The notes beneath the pieces are model-generated. The model saw nothing but the letters and a program-made list of their open reading frames with translations. It was not told the origin of the DNA and searched no databases. 64,000 bases of DNA from Planctomycetota bacterium (GTDB lineage: Bacteria > Planctomycetota > UBA11346). Made by a program: the position numbers and the translations under genes. Where the stretch lies: NCBI GenBank assembly GCA_038231435.1, contig JBBRLJ010000003.1, forward strand, positions 1 through 64,000, read 5' to 3'. Every line of letters begins with the position of its first letter. The stretch's first letter is position 1. Shown here in pieces: positions 38,276 through 50,456 of this stretch.

Positions 38276-40826
38276 GCTCGTACCGTCGCCGCGCCAACGC
38301 GGTTGGCTCCATTCGCATCTCCTTCCGCTGATCGCGGCGTGTTTTATCGTCTTAGCCGGCTTGTCCGGCTCCTATGACCTCGCCTTCAGCGACTGGGCGC
38401 GTTCGTGGACATCGGACGCCCGCCGGCCTGTCGACGAGCTGGTGGGAATGGTGCGGGTATTCGGCAAAGGAGAGGTGGCCATCGCGCTGGCGCTGATCGT
38501 CGGCGCGCTGGGCTGGCGCAAGCAAGCGCTGCAGATCCTGGTCGCACTCGCCGTGGTCTCGATCCTGGTGACCGCGGTCAAGCACGGAGTGATGCGCGAA
38601 CGGCCCAATCACAGCCATGGCTATTCGTTCCCCAGCGGGGACGCCGCCACCGTCGCCGCGCTGGTGGGTCCATTGATCGGCAGGAGCTGGCGGCTCGCGC
38701 CGATCATGATCGGATTGATGCTGGGAGTCTGCTACGGACGCATCCATCAAGGATACCATTATCCATCCGATGTATTCGCCGGCTGCGCGACCGGCATCTT
38801 CGCCGCAATCATCTCCGCATGGCTCGTCGCCCGGCTCTCGAAGCGAGCGCCCAGGCTTCCGCCAGCGCGCGCATGGCTCGCGTGCGCGCTCGCCTGGATC
38901 GTCGCCACGCTCACCGTCCAGGCCTGGGCTCGCGGCCATCACCAGCCGTCCGCTGGCGGCGACATGGACGCGTTCCTCTGCGTGTTCGGTCCACCACTGG
39001 CGTTGGCTCTGGCCGTGCGTTGGTCCGCCATTGCCCGCCTGCGATCGGGGCTCGGGCTGCGCAGCTGGACGGCGCCGCTGCTGATCGGAGCCGCGACACT
39101 CGTGACCCTGCTGTGGCTGAGCACACGCTCGAGCCTGTGGGACCGCGACGAGCCGCGTTTCGCGCGCGCCAGCGTCGAGATGGCCGCGTCAGGCGACTAC
39201 ATCGTACCCACCTACAATGGCGAGGAGCGCCTGCACAAGCCGGCTGGCATCTACTGGTTGATGTCGAGCTCGCTCCGCGCGTTCGGCGAAACCGAATTGG
39301 CTGCCCGCCTTCCCGCGGTGCTCGCCGCGCTCGCCATCGGTTGGCTGACGTGGTGGATCGGACGGCGCCTCACTAGCACTGCTGTCGGCTCCTGGGCCGC
39401 CGCCATCGTGGTCACATCGCCGCTCCTGGTGGTGTGTGGCAGCGCGGCGACGACCGATGGGGTATTGGTGATGTTCATCACTTCCGCGATGGCGCTGTTC
39501 GCGCATCAAATCACCTCCATGAACGCCGGTAGCGGCAGCAGCCGATCCGGCATGCTCATCCTGTTCGGATCAGCCGTGGGCTGCGCGCTGCTCGTCAAGG
39601 GACCGCTCGGAGCGGTGCCAGGGCTTGCCGTCGTGGCCACCGGGTTCCTCTCATGGGGGAAACCCGTGTTCACCGAACGGTTCACCGTCGGCTTCTGGAT
39701 TCGTTTCGCGGGAGCGATGGCCCTGGCGCTAGATCTGTTCCTGGCCTGGGGCATCCCCGCGTTCGAACGAACGGACGGCAGGTATTTCTCCGAGGGGATC
39801 GGCAGGCACGTGATCGGTCGCAGCTTGAGTCCGATGGAAAGCCATGGGGGCGCCTTCTGGAAATCCATCCCATACTACGTTCCGGTAGTGATCGCCGCGT
39901 TCTTCCCCTGGATAGGGTTGCTGCCGGGCGCGCTTTCGGCGTTGATCGCTGGCCGTTTGGGCCACGAGACCCGAGCCTTCCTGCTCGCATGGATGGTGCC
40001 GACTTTCGTGGTGATGAGCTGCGTCGCGACCAAACTGCCGCACTACATCCTACCGATCTTTCCCGCGCTCGCCCTCACCGTCGCCCTGCTGATGGCCGCG
40101 GCCCGCGACGGCAAGCTTTCACCGCGGGATTGGCGCTGGCTGCGCGTCGGCACTTGGCTGATGGTGACGATGGCAGTGGTGCTGGTCGTCGCTCTGCTCG
40201 CGGCACCTTGGCTGCGACTGATCCCCCTCGAGGCTCTTCCGGCGAAGGTGGCGAAGGGACTCTCCACCTTGCCGCCGCTGCCCAACCTGCTCGCTCCGCT
40301 CGCGGGCATCGCGCTGGTCATCGCGACCATCGCGGTGCTGGCTGGACGCGCGATCGCTCACCGCCGGCTGGACCGCGCCGGCGTGGCGATGGGAATCGGC
40401 ATGGCGCTGTTCGTGCTCGCGGCCGGCCTCGACGCCATGCCGCGTTTCGAGGAGCTCAAGCCCTCGAAGCCCCTGGCCCTGGCCATCCGCGCCGCGACCC
40501 CCGCCACGGTCCCGGTCAGCGTCGTCGACTACGACGAGGCGAGTCTGCACTTCTATCTCGGCCGTGGACCGGTCACGGCGATCGGAGCCGGCGAGGCCAC
40601 GGTGGCGTGGACGATGTCGCCGGGTCCAGGCGTGCTCGTGCTCACCCGCGAGGCGTTCGAGGCGCTCGGCCGGCTCGATGGAGTCACACTATCCAGCGCC
40701 AACGACTCGTTCCAGATCACCGATCGCGCGGCCGGCTCGCGCTCCCTGCGCGTCATCGGAGCCCAGGCGGGGTTGAACATCGCCAATGGCAAGTGGTGCG
40801 ATCTGATCGCGGTGGCGAAGGATTGA
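38259..40826 (+). CDS. PAP2-family phosphatase fused to an ArnT-like GT-C glycosyltransferase
   Basis: K-x6-RP, FPSGD, RIHQGYHYPSDV, then DRDEPRF, P.YNG..R.HKP, KGP, TKLPHYILP. Confidence 0.85.
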   Translation: MPNNPELVPSPRQRGWLHSHLLPLIAACFIVLAGLSGSYDLAFSDWARSWTSDARRPVDELVGMVRVFGKGEVAIALALIVGALGWRKQALQILVALAVVSILVTAVKHGVMRERPNHSHGYSFPSGDAATVAALVGPLIGRSWRLAPIMIGLMLGVCYGRIHQGYHYPSDVFAGCATGIFAAIISAWLVARLSKRAPRLPPARAWLACALAWIVATLTVQAWARGHHQPSAGGDMDAFLCVFGPPLALALAVRWSAIARLRSGLGLRSWTAPLLIGAATLVTLLWLSTRSSLWDRDEPRFARASVEMAASGDYIVPTYNGEERLHKPAGIYWLMSSSLRAFGETELAARLPAVLAALAIGWLTWWIGRRLTSTAVGSWAAAIVVTSPLLVVCGSAATTDGVLVMFITSAMALFAHQITSMNAGSGSSRSGMLILFGSAVGCALLVKGPLGAVPGLAVVATGFLSWGKPVFTERFTVGFWIRFAGAMALALDLFLAWGIPAFERTDGRYFSEGIGRHVIGRSLSPMESHGGAFWKSIPYYVPVVIAAFFPWIGLLPGALSALIAGRLGHETRAFLLAWMVPTFVVMSCVATKLPHYILPIFPALALTVALLMAAARDGKLSPRDWRWLRVGTWLMVTMAVVLVVALLAAPWLRLIPLEALPAKVAKGLSTLPPLPNLLAPLAGIALVIATIAVLAGRAIAHRRLDRAGVAMGIGMALFVLAAGLDAMPRFEELKPSKPLALAIRAATPATVPVSVVDYDEASLHFYLGRGPVTAIGAGEATVAWTMSPGPGVLVLTREAFEALGRLDGVTLSSANDSFQITDRAAGSRSLRVIGAQAGLNIANGKWCDLIAVAKD

Positions 40827-40865
40827 CCAGAGCGTACGCACGCAGCGGCGGAACAGCGACGACGG

Positions 40866-40890
40866 GCGACGGCCCCTGACAGGCCGTCGC
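40866..40890. terminator. Hairpin between convergent genes
   Basis: GCGACGGCC-7 nt-GGCCGTCGC; no clear U tract. Confidence 0.4.
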
Positions 40891-40912
40891 TCAGCTCAGC
40901 ATCTCAGCGCGT

Positions 40913-43900
40913 TCACTTGGCGGCCTTCAGCTGCGGTTCCAGCACCTTCTTCATGAATTCGTATTCCTCGGTGAAGGCCGGATCGTCCTTGAACTCGGTG
41001 GCCGCGACCTCGGCGACGTACAGCGCCTGCTTCGGCCCGCCGTTCAGTGCCGCCCGCCAGGCGATCCAGAAATACTTCGGCTTGTAGTTGACCTCCTCCT
41101 TCCAGATCGCGATCACCTGCTTGTACCAGTCCATCGGCAGGAAGCGCGCGGTGTCGCCCAGCCACTGCGCGGTGTCATCGCGCAGGCGCTTGTCGTTCTT
41201 CTCGACGACGAAGTGCAGGCGCTCGCGCACGATCTTGGGATCCTGGGCGACGAGCGCGGTGATCAGGCGGCCGAGGTGGTACTCGGACTCGATCTGCGGA
41301 TGCTCGATGTCGAGCTTCTTGCACGCGTCCATCGCCTCCTCGAGATGCTTGCCGAGAGCCGCGACTTCGGCCGGATCGAGCGCTGTCTTATCCTTCCCGA
41401 ACAGCTCGGTCAGGCGCGAGAACCAGAACGGCACCGAGATGCGGATCCACGGCAGATCGAGGTTCAGCTGCGCGAGGCCGCCGATGCGCTTGTCATGATC
41501 GTGCTCACCGCTCTTCGGTATCTCGGCGCCTTCGAGCAGGGCCAGGAAGCGGTCTTTCTGGTGGACGGTGCCGTCCTTGGCGGTGACCGATTCCTTGCCC
41601 AGGATGGCGGCGTAGTACTGGCCGGCCGAGGCGTAGCGCATCATCGCCTCGTCAGGCTCGTCGATGTCGCGGAAGGCGATGGTGTTCAGCCACAATTGGA
41701 CACTCTTCGCCAGCTCCTTCAGGGTCGGATCGTTCGGCAGCGCGTCCTGCCCGGCGCTCTTGAGCGTCGCGATGCCGACGGCCGAGAACATCTGGGTCAG
41801 GCGGCGAAGCTGCTGGAACTGGCCGGACTGCTCCCAGGCCTCCTTGCTGAACTCCGCGCTCTCGAGCCACTCACTGATGCGCTCGATGCGCGATGACATC
41901 GCCTTGAGCATGGTGTCCTTGACGGTGCGCAGGGCCAGATCGTCGAGGTGGCCGTTGAGTGCTGTGGCCAGCTCGACTCCGAGCTGCACCGCCGAAAGAC
42001 CGAGCTTGTCCTTCAGCGCCGGCAGCTGCTTGTCCAGGACGTCCAGGGTCTGCGCCCGCGCCTCGTCGAGCTTGCCGGCCTCGATCAGGTGCTGGATGAG
42101 CTCGACGTTCATGTACAGCTTGCTGGTCGGCTCGGCCTCGGGTGTCCGCTCGATCGCCCAGCGGTGGTACTGCGCGGCCAGGTCGTACTGGCCGGTGTAC
42201 GAATAGAGGCCAGAGAGCTCGCGGTAGTTGGCGTTGTCCTGGTCGCCGTCGGCGATCAGCTTGAGCATCTTGCTGATGCCGCGCTGGTAGGTCTGGAAAT
42301 GCCAGTCCTTCTGCACGTCGATCATCACCCGCGCGTATTCCGGCTCGGCGAAGATGCGGTAGCTCAGGCGCCAGGCCGAGCGGGTGTTCTCGCCTGAGAA
42401 GCGCAGCAAGAGGCCCAGCCCATTGGGATCGAAGGTTTCGCTCTCATCGAAATTCTTGTAGGCCTTCTCGAGCGCGTGTTTCAGGTCGGCGTCGACGAAC
42501 TCCATCGCCGGACCGGTCTGGAGGATGTAAACGTGCCACTGGCTGTCCTCCTTCTTGTCGGCCCATGCTAGCGCGGCGTGTTGCGGCAGGCTGATGACAT
42601 GCGCGGTGCGGCCTTGGCGCTCGGCGATCGCCTGGTAGAGCTCCGAGAGGTCGTCACAGTCGCCGCGAACCATGCCGCCAGTGGCGGTCGAGATGGTCTG
42701 GACGGACGTCTGGTGGATATCGCCCTTGTCGCGCTTGTTGCCGATCAGGTATGGGAAGCGGCTGTCTGGGCTGTCGTACACGTAGGTGAAGAGGAACTCG
42801 CCCACCAGATCGAGATGGGCTGGATCGGGCAGCGCCTGGGCGGCCTGGGTCAGGAACCGCTCGGCTTCCTCGGGCGAGCCGTTCTTCGGGGCGAGCAACT
42901 CGCCGCCCTCGCTCTCGATGCCGAGGATGTCGCCGTTTAATCCGACGAGCACGATGTTCGGCGGAATGAAATCGGCGACCACGTTCTTGGTCGCGCCCTT
43001 GCCGCGGCCAGGCACGTTCTTCCGCCATTCGTCCTTGTCCGCGATGAACGCGCCGCCGGCCTTCCAGGTGGCCAGCAGCTGGCCGCTGTGACTCTGATAG
43101 AGCCTGGCTCCGAGCGGGGACTTCGGCGTGGCGGCGGGGTCGGAGCCCGGTGGCAGGTCGATCACGACGTTCATGTCCGGGATCGAATGGTACATCGGCT
43201 GCGGCTGGGGCCGCATGACGGCGCTGCGCGCGGGAGTGGAGAGGATCCAACCGCCATAGCCAAATGCGTTGGTCACCTTGGCCAGCCGCATCGGCTTGCC
43301 TTCGCTCGTTCCTTCGAAGAGATCGGCTGGCTGGAAGCGCTCGGCTTCGGTGATCGCCGACTGCAGGCTCTCGATCTGCGCCTTGTGCTTCTCCGAGAAC
43401 ACGCCACCCAACCAGCCGAAACGCGACACGCGTCGCGCGAACGCGGGACTTACCTCGTCAAGGTCGATGTTGCCCTCGTCATTGCCCATGCGCTTGAGCA
43501 CGTCCTCGACGGTCTTGCGCCCCAGTTCGTCGAGGGGCGTGTTGGGCAGCTCCTTGACCAGGACCTGGACGGCGGCGGCGACCTTGGCCTTGTCCTCGCC
43601 GCGATCGGCTGGCTTGGCCGTGGACTTCTTGAGCACGCCCTCCTCGAGCACCAGCGCCGACGCCGAGCGCAGATGGTAGCCGGCGATGATGCTCTCGGCG
43701 AGCAGCAGGTCGGCAGCCTGGAGACCGGCTTCCTTGGCGTGCGCGATCAACTTTGGCAGCGCCGCGACGGCATCGACGCGGTTGTCCTCGAGCAGCTTGC
43801 GCGTCACTGGCAGGCGGCCGATGTCGGTCTCGAGCACCGGACGGTCGCTGAAGATCACCGGCGCGAATCGGTACGAGGCACCCTTGCCGTCCTCCCAGTA

Positions 43901-44134
43901 GACCTTGTCCTCGCGCTTGACCACGCTGGCCACCGAGGGCAGCTGGTTCAACAGCTGGTCGACACCGATGCCGGCGTCGGTGGCCGCGCCGGGAGTGGCT
44001 GGAGCCACCGGCGATACCGGTCCGGCGGGTTCCGGATTGGGGGCCTGCTCCACGGCGTGGGTCGATAGCGCCGAAAAGGCCGCGAGGAGCGTGGCGAGGA
44101 CAGCCGGCAAGATCTTCCGGGGCACGGTCTTCAT
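40913..44134 (-). CDS. Large exported protein with a transglutaminase-like Cys motif and TPR-like helical C-terminus
   Basis: Signal peptide, RGDCDDL motif, TPR-like YRELSGLYSYTGQYDLAAQYHRWAIE; strong codon bias. Confidence 0.7.
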   Translation of the reverse strand: MKTVPRKILPAVLATLLAAFSALSTHAVEQAPNPEPAGPVSPVAPATPGAATDAGIGVDQLLNQLPSVASVVKREDKVYWEDGKGASYRFAPVIFSDRPVLETDIGRLPVTRKLLEDNRVDAVAALPKLIAHAKEAGLQAADLLLAESIIAGYHLRSASALVLEEGVLKKSTAKPADRGEDKAKVAAAVQVLVKELPNTPLDELGRKTVEDVLKRMGNDEGNIDLDEVSPAFARRVSRFGWLGGVFSEKHKAQIESLQSAITEAERFQPADLFEGTSEGKPMRLAKVTNAFGYGGWILSTPARSAVMRPQPQPMYHSIPDMNVVIDLPPGSDPAATPKSPLGARLYQSHSGQLLATWKAGGAFIADKDEWRKNVPGRGKGATKNVVADFIPPNIVLVGLNGDILGIESEGGELLAPKNGSPEEAERFLTQAAQALPDPAHLDLVGEFLFTYVYDSPDSRFPYLIGNKRDKGDIHQTSVQTISTATGGMVRGDCDDLSELYQAIAERQGRTAHVISLPQHAALAWADKKEDSQWHVYILQTGPAMEFVDADLKHALEKAYKNFDESETFDPNGLGLLLRFSGENTRSAWRLSYRIFAEPEYARVMIDVQKDWHFQTYQRGISKMLKLIADGDQDNANYRELSGLYSYTGQYDLAAQYHRWAIERTPEAEPTSKLYMNVELIQHLIEAGKLDEARAQTLDVLDKQLPALKDKLGLSAVQLGVELATALNGHLDDLALRTVKDTMLKAMSSRIERISEWLESAEFSKEAWEQSGQFQQLRRLTQMFSAVGIATLKSAGQDALPNDPTLKELAKSVQLWLNTIAFRDIDEPDEAMMRYASAGQYYAAILGKESVTAKDGTVHQKDRFLALLEGAEIPKSGEHDHDKRIGGLAQLNLDLPWIRISVPFWFSRLTELFGKDKTALDPAEVAALGKHLEEAMDACKKLDIEHPQIESEYHLGRLITALVAQDPKIVRERLHFVVEKNDKRLRDDTAQWLGDTARFLPMDWYKQVIAIWKEEVNYKPKYFWIAWRAALNGGPKQALYVAEVAATEFKDDPAFTEEYEFMKKVLEPQLKAAK

Positions 44135-44481
44135 GGCTTCTTCTTCGTATTCATGGCTGGAGGTACGAGGCTGTAAGGGTTACCGTCAGGCGTGGATGCG
44201 CTGACGATCGCTGCGGGTTGAGGCGGTCAAGACGCGCGCCTGGCAGCTTCGGCGACCCCGCTGCGACGGCATGGGTCCAACGTCCCCTCCTCTGGGTGGT
44301 TCGGAAGTCAGAAAGGGTGACGTCGCTGCCGGCAGAGGCTTTCATATGTGGCGAATGCCGCTATGAATGTCCTCCCCAAAAAATTCCCGACCAATCCCGA
44401 CAACATCCCGATCCAGGCCCCCGACGGCGATCCAGCTGTTCCAACAGCGCCATCAGCCCCAGATCGCAACCAGAGATCCCC

Positions 44482-46365
<1,884 letters not shown>

Positions 46366-46392
46366 TTCCGTCCGGCGCCGTTCCGGGGTTTC

Positions 46393-46428
46393 GCGATGGG
46401 AGGGCGCTCGAAAGCGCCCTCCCATCGC
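46393..46428 (+). terminator. Strong hairpin downstream of typA
   Basis: Perfect 16-bp stem GCGATGGGAGGGCGCT-CGAA-AGCGCCCTCCCATCGC with only a weak U tail. Confidence 0.6.
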
Positions 46429-46481
46429 TGTTCCGGGTGATGCCCGCTTTCCCGCGAGTCGCGGGCAGCGAAGCTGTAGCC

Positions 46482-47702
46482 ATGGCCACCTCGACGGCAC
46501 ACGTCCCGATGCGGGCGATCACCAAGGGGCCGCGCCACCATTGGTTCGGTTATTACGACAAATGGCAGATCAATCCCTCGGGCAGATACGTGCTCGGAAT
46601 GGCGGTCGATTTCGAGCACCGCTCGCCGCGCGCGGACGATGTCATCGAGATCGGCATGGTCGATCTGCGCGATGGCGACCGCTGGATCCGGTTGGGTGTC
46701 AGCCGTGCGTGGTCCTGGCAGCAGGGCTGCATGCTTCAGTGGCTCCCGGGATCGGCGAGCACGGTGGTGTGGAACGACCGCGTCGACGATCGTTTCGTCT
46801 GCCATGTCGTCGACGTCGCGGGAGAGGCCACTGGCGGCGCCGCCAGCGGTGGGAAGGCGGGGACCCGCCGCACGCTCCCCGCACCGATCTACGCGCTCAG
46901 CCCCGACGGACGCACCGCGGTATCGCCGGACTTCCGCCGCCTGAACGACACCCGCCCCGGCTACGGCTACGCCGGCCTGCCCGATCCGCGCCGCGACCTG
47001 GACGCGCCGACGGACACCGGCATCACCATCATGGACATGGCGACCGGCGCGCACCGACTGCTGATCCCGTTCTCGCGCGTCGCCGCCATGCCCTGCGCCC
47101 GCCACGACGTGGCCGGAAAGCATTGGTTCAACCACCTGCTCTTCAACCCCGACGGATCGCGCTTCATCTTCCTGAATCGTTGGCGGAACGCCCAGACCGG
47201 CGAGGGCTGGCGCACGCGCATGTTCACCGCCGCCGCCGACGGCAGCGACATCCGGCTGGTCGACGACTACGGCGGGGTCTCGCACTTCATCTGGCGCGAC
47301 CCGCGGCACATCCTCTCGTGGGCGTACGCCCGGCCCGAGGGCGATGGCTTCTTCCTCTACGACATCGACAGCGGCGGGGCGGAACTGGTCGACAAGGAGG
47401 CGATGCCGGTTGACGGTCACTGCACCTATCTGCCCGAAACATCGGCAAGCCCGCGATGGATCCTGAACGATTGCTATCCCGGCAAGGATCGGCTGCAGCG
47501 CATCTACATCTACCATGTCCCGAGCCGACGCCGGCTGCCGGTCGCCGATCTGCATGCGCCGCCTGGGTACGATGGCGAGTGGCGCTGCGACACCCATCCG
47601 CGCACCAGCCGCGACGGTGCCACGGTGGTGGTCGATTCCGCCCATGGCGGGAACGGACGGCAGCTGTATCTGCTCGACATCTCCGCGCTGCTCGAGTCCT
47701 GA
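46482..47702 (+). CDS. Beta-propeller protein, oligogalacturonate-lyase/TolB-like
   Basis: HHWFGYYD, AWSWQQG..LQW, NHLLFNPDG.RF.FL.RW, SHFIW, RCDTHPR. Confidence 0.65.
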   Translation: MATSTAHVPMRAITKGPRHHWFGYYDKWQINPSGRYVLGMAVDFEHRSPRADDVIEIGMVDLRDGDRWIRLGVSRAWSWQQGCMLQWLPGSASTVVWNDRVDDRFVCHVVDVAGEATGGAASGGKAGTRRTLPAPIYALSPDGRTAVSPDFRRLNDTRPGYGYAGLPDPRRDLDAPTDTGITIMDMATGAHRLLIPFSRVAAMPCARHDVAGKHWFNHLLFNPDGSRFIFLNRWRNAQTGEGWRTRMFTAAADGSDIRLVDDYGGVSHFIWRDPRHILSWAYARPEGDGFFLYDIDSGGAELVDKEAMPVDGHCTYLPETSASPRWILNDCYPGKDRLQRIYIYHVPSRRRLPVADLHAPPGYDGEWRCDTHPRTSRDGATVVVDSAHGGNGRQLYLLDISALLES

Positions 47703-47736
47703 ACGGCGCCGTCTGGCGCGCCGCGCCGACCCCGCG

Positions 47737-49089
47737 CTAGGGACCTTCGATCTTCACCACCAGGGCGGTGATGTCGTCGGCGAAGCCGTCGAGCGCATGC
47801 GCGCGCACGCCATCGATCATGCGCGTGATCACCGCAGCGGGGGCCTCATCCATCGCCATCAGCAGATCGCCCATGAATCGGCGGCGTCCGTATTCGCTTC
47901 CCGCCGGGTCAGCCGCCTCGAACAGGCCGTCTGTGAACTGCAGGAATGTGTCGCCGCCCTGCAGCTGCAACGTGTGCGGCTCGATGTTGGCGCGGAACAT
48001 TTCCCCTTTCATCAGGCCGATCGCCGGACCGGGCGTGCCCACCTGCATCAGGATCGATCGCCGGCGTGGATTCGCGAGCACGCCGGGGTGGTGGCCGGCG
48101 CAGACGCTGGTCATGACCTTGGTCTCGAGGTCGATGACCGCAGCGAACATGGTGATGAAGTACGAGGTATGCAGATCGTCGTGCACGTCGTCGTTGAAGC
48201 GACCCACGATCTCGGCGCAGGTGCCACCCTCGCGCACGGCGTGGCGGAGCGACTTGATGGTCGAAGCGACGATCATCGCCGCGCTGGTGTCGTGGCCGCT
48301 GACATCGCCCACCGCCAGGAACAGCGCAGACGTGCCTACCGGCACCAACTCGTAGAAGTCTCCGCCGACCAGGGAATGCGGCTCGTAATGCACGGCGATT
48401 GGAAAGCCCGGTATCTCGGGAATGCGCGGCAGCAGCTTCTCGATGACCGCCTTGGCGTGGGTCATGTCGATGACCGGCTCGGTCGAGACCGACGCAGGCG
48501 CGGACGCGGCCGGACGCGGCTCGGCGAGGGCGCTCGCGATCGGTGCGAAACAGCCGCTCGGAGAGACGGCTAGCGCGGCCTCCGTGACAAGGCGCGCCAG
48601 TTCAGCCTCGTCGAGCATCTCGAGCCTCGGCAGATGGGCATGCGCGAGCACCTGCGCCATCGAGCGCACGGTCGCCGCGTCCACCTTGCCGCCAGGAAGC
48701 GGGATGCCCCGGGTCCACCGGCCGTCGAACGGATTGAGCCATTGCCCATCCTTGCGGAAGATGCGCAGCCTGCCGTCCTTGGCGATCCTGCCCTTGAGCA
48801 GATGGGCCCAGCGGAACGCCTCGATCTCGGGCGCGGTGCGCAGCGCGAACTTCATCCACGGACGGTTCTGCAGCAGATGTTCGCGTCCCGGCGAACGGTC
48901 GCCGAAGGCAGCCTTGACCACCGTGCCGGTGAACGGATCGATCCAGTGTCCACGGTCCAAGGTCCACACCGAGAACAAGGGATCCTCGGCTAGCCATTCG
49001 TCCACACGACGTTCCTCGGCAATCGGGGACGCGCCGGACGCGGAGATGGTCGGAGGCGTCGGATGTCGTCGTGGCGGTGGGCGGTTCAT
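47737..49089 (-). CDS. PP2C/SpoIIE-family phosphatase with an unrecognised N-terminal domain
   Basis: VGGDFY, GDVSGH, AGH, FTDGLFEA, DDIT. Confidence 0.88.
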   Translation of the reverse strand: MNRPPPRRHPTPPTISASGASPIAEERRVDEWLAEDPLFSVWTLDRGHWIDPFTGTVVKAAFGDRSPGREHLLQNRPWMKFALRTAPEIEAFRWAHLLKGRIAKDGRLRIFRKDGQWLNPFDGRWTRGIPLPGGKVDAATVRSMAQVLAHAHLPRLEMLDEAELARLVTEAALAVSPSGCFAPIASALAEPRPAASAPASVSTEPVIDMTHAKAVIEKLLPRIPEIPGFPIAVHYEPHSLVGGDFYELVPVGTSALFLAVGDVSGHDTSAAMIVASTIKSLRHAVREGGTCAEIVGRFNDDVHDDLHTSYFITMFAAVIDLETKVMTSVCAGHHPGVLANPRRRSILMQVGTPGPAIGLMKGEMFRANIEPHTLQLQGGDTFLQFTDGLFEAADPAGSEYGRRRFMGDLLMAMDEAPAAVITRMIDGVRAHALDGFADDITALVVKIEGP

Positions 49090-49220
49090 GGGGAGCCGGT
49101 AGCCGGCTATCCTAATGATACCATGGATTCGCAACGATATGCCCCCCATTCAACCCGCAGCGAACCGACCGGCGAGGCAAGGTTCGGGTAAACCCTGGGC
49201 CCGGATGTCCTCGTTCAACC

Positions 49221-49497
49221 ATGGCGAAGCCATCCGGCCGCCGAGCCCCGGTTTGCGTGAACAATGGGCGAAGCCCATCACGCAAACGTCGTGGCCGCCT
49301 GGCGGACAAGACGAAGGGCGACAAAGGCCGTGGGGGACCGGGGGCGGAGCCCCCGTGTATGCCATGGCGAAGCCATGCGGCCGCCGAGCCCTGATTTGCG
49401 TGAACAATGGGCGAAGCCCATCACGCAAACGTCGTGGCCGCCTGGCGGACAAGACGAAGGGCGACAAAGGCCGTGGGGGACCGGGGGCGGAGCCCCC
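49221..49497 (+). repeat. Two tandem family 1 elements (C1 49221-49354, C2 49364-49497)
   Basis: Near-identical copies, period 143; cores 49235-49330 and 49378-49473. Confidence 0.92.
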
Positions 49498-49501
49498 GCA
49501 A

Positions 49502-50371
49502 TCAATGCCGACGTCTGAAAGCCTCAGGAGACTCCCCGACCAGCTGTTTGAACTGCGCCGAGAAGGCGTACGGGTTGGGGTATCCGAGTTCCTCGGCGAC
49601 CGCCTTGATCGGCAGGTCGCGCGTCTGCAGCAACGCCCGCGCGCGATCGATGCGCCTGCGGATGCGGTACTCGCCTGGGGACACGCCCATCAATTCGCGG
49701 AAGACCTTGCGGAAGCGCTCGTAGCTCATGCGCAGCTCCGTGGCGAGCGACTCGAGCGACAGGCGCGGGTCCTCGACCAGGCGGCGGCAGGCGCGATCGA
49801 TCAGAACGCGGTATGGATCGGAGCCATCGCGCGCCTGCTCGCGGGTGACCAGATCGACCAGCAGGTCGAGCAGCTTCACCAGATGCCGCGGCAATTCGCG
49901 CTCGTCGGCGTCGCGAATGCCGGCCACCAGACGGTTCAGATCATCGATCACCGCAAGATCGATTCCCGGCTGCTGCACTGGCCGGCGCGGATCGAGTACG
50001 CCGAGCTCGACCAAGGTGGCCGCCATGCTCGGCGTGACCACCATCCAGCATTCGGCCCAGTTGCAGCCTGCGTCGAACCTGACGGTGTGGCGGGTGCCGA
50101 GGAAGCGGTGGAAGATCGATCCGACGCGCAACGGCCATTCATTGCCCGCGTCGTCGCGGAAGGTGCCGCTGCCGCGCAGGCAGTACACCGCCGAGTATTC
50201 GTTCGGCTGCATCTGGTCCGCGTCGAGGATCCTGCCTGGCTTGACCAGGAATCCGCAGCCGATGCGCCCGGTGTTGCGCGACGGTCCCATGGTACGGTAG
50301 GCGGTGTCGTTGCGTAGCAACGCCATGGGCACCTGCGACTGCGACGATGGCGTGGCGCCGGCGCGGCTCAT
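49502..50371 (-). CDS. AraC family transcriptional regulator
   Basis: Cupin N-terminus; FRKVFRELMGVSPGEY...IKAVAEELGYPNPYAFS.QFK...G.SP..FR. Start could be 50326. Confidence 0.9.
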   Translation of the reverse strand: MSRAGATPSSQSQVPMALLRNDTAYRTMGPSRNTGRIGCGFLVKPGRILDADQMQPNEYSAVYCLRGSGTFRDDAGNEWPLRVGSIFHRFLGTRHTVRFDAGCNWAECWMVVTPSMAATLVELGVLDPRRPVQQPGIDLAVIDDLNRLVAGIRDADERELPRHLVKLLDLLVDLVTREQARDGSDPYRVLIDRACRRLVEDPRLSLESLATELRMSYERFRKVFRELMGVSPGEYRIRRRIDRARALLQTRDLPIKAVAEELGYPNPYAFSAQFKQLVGESPEAFRRRH

Positions 50372-50456
50372 GCCCGCAGGGTATCCTCGAGCCGCCCGGC
50401 CACACCCCGGAAAGCGCCGCCCGTTGGCGCCAGCCCATGGGCGGGTACCGTGCCGC

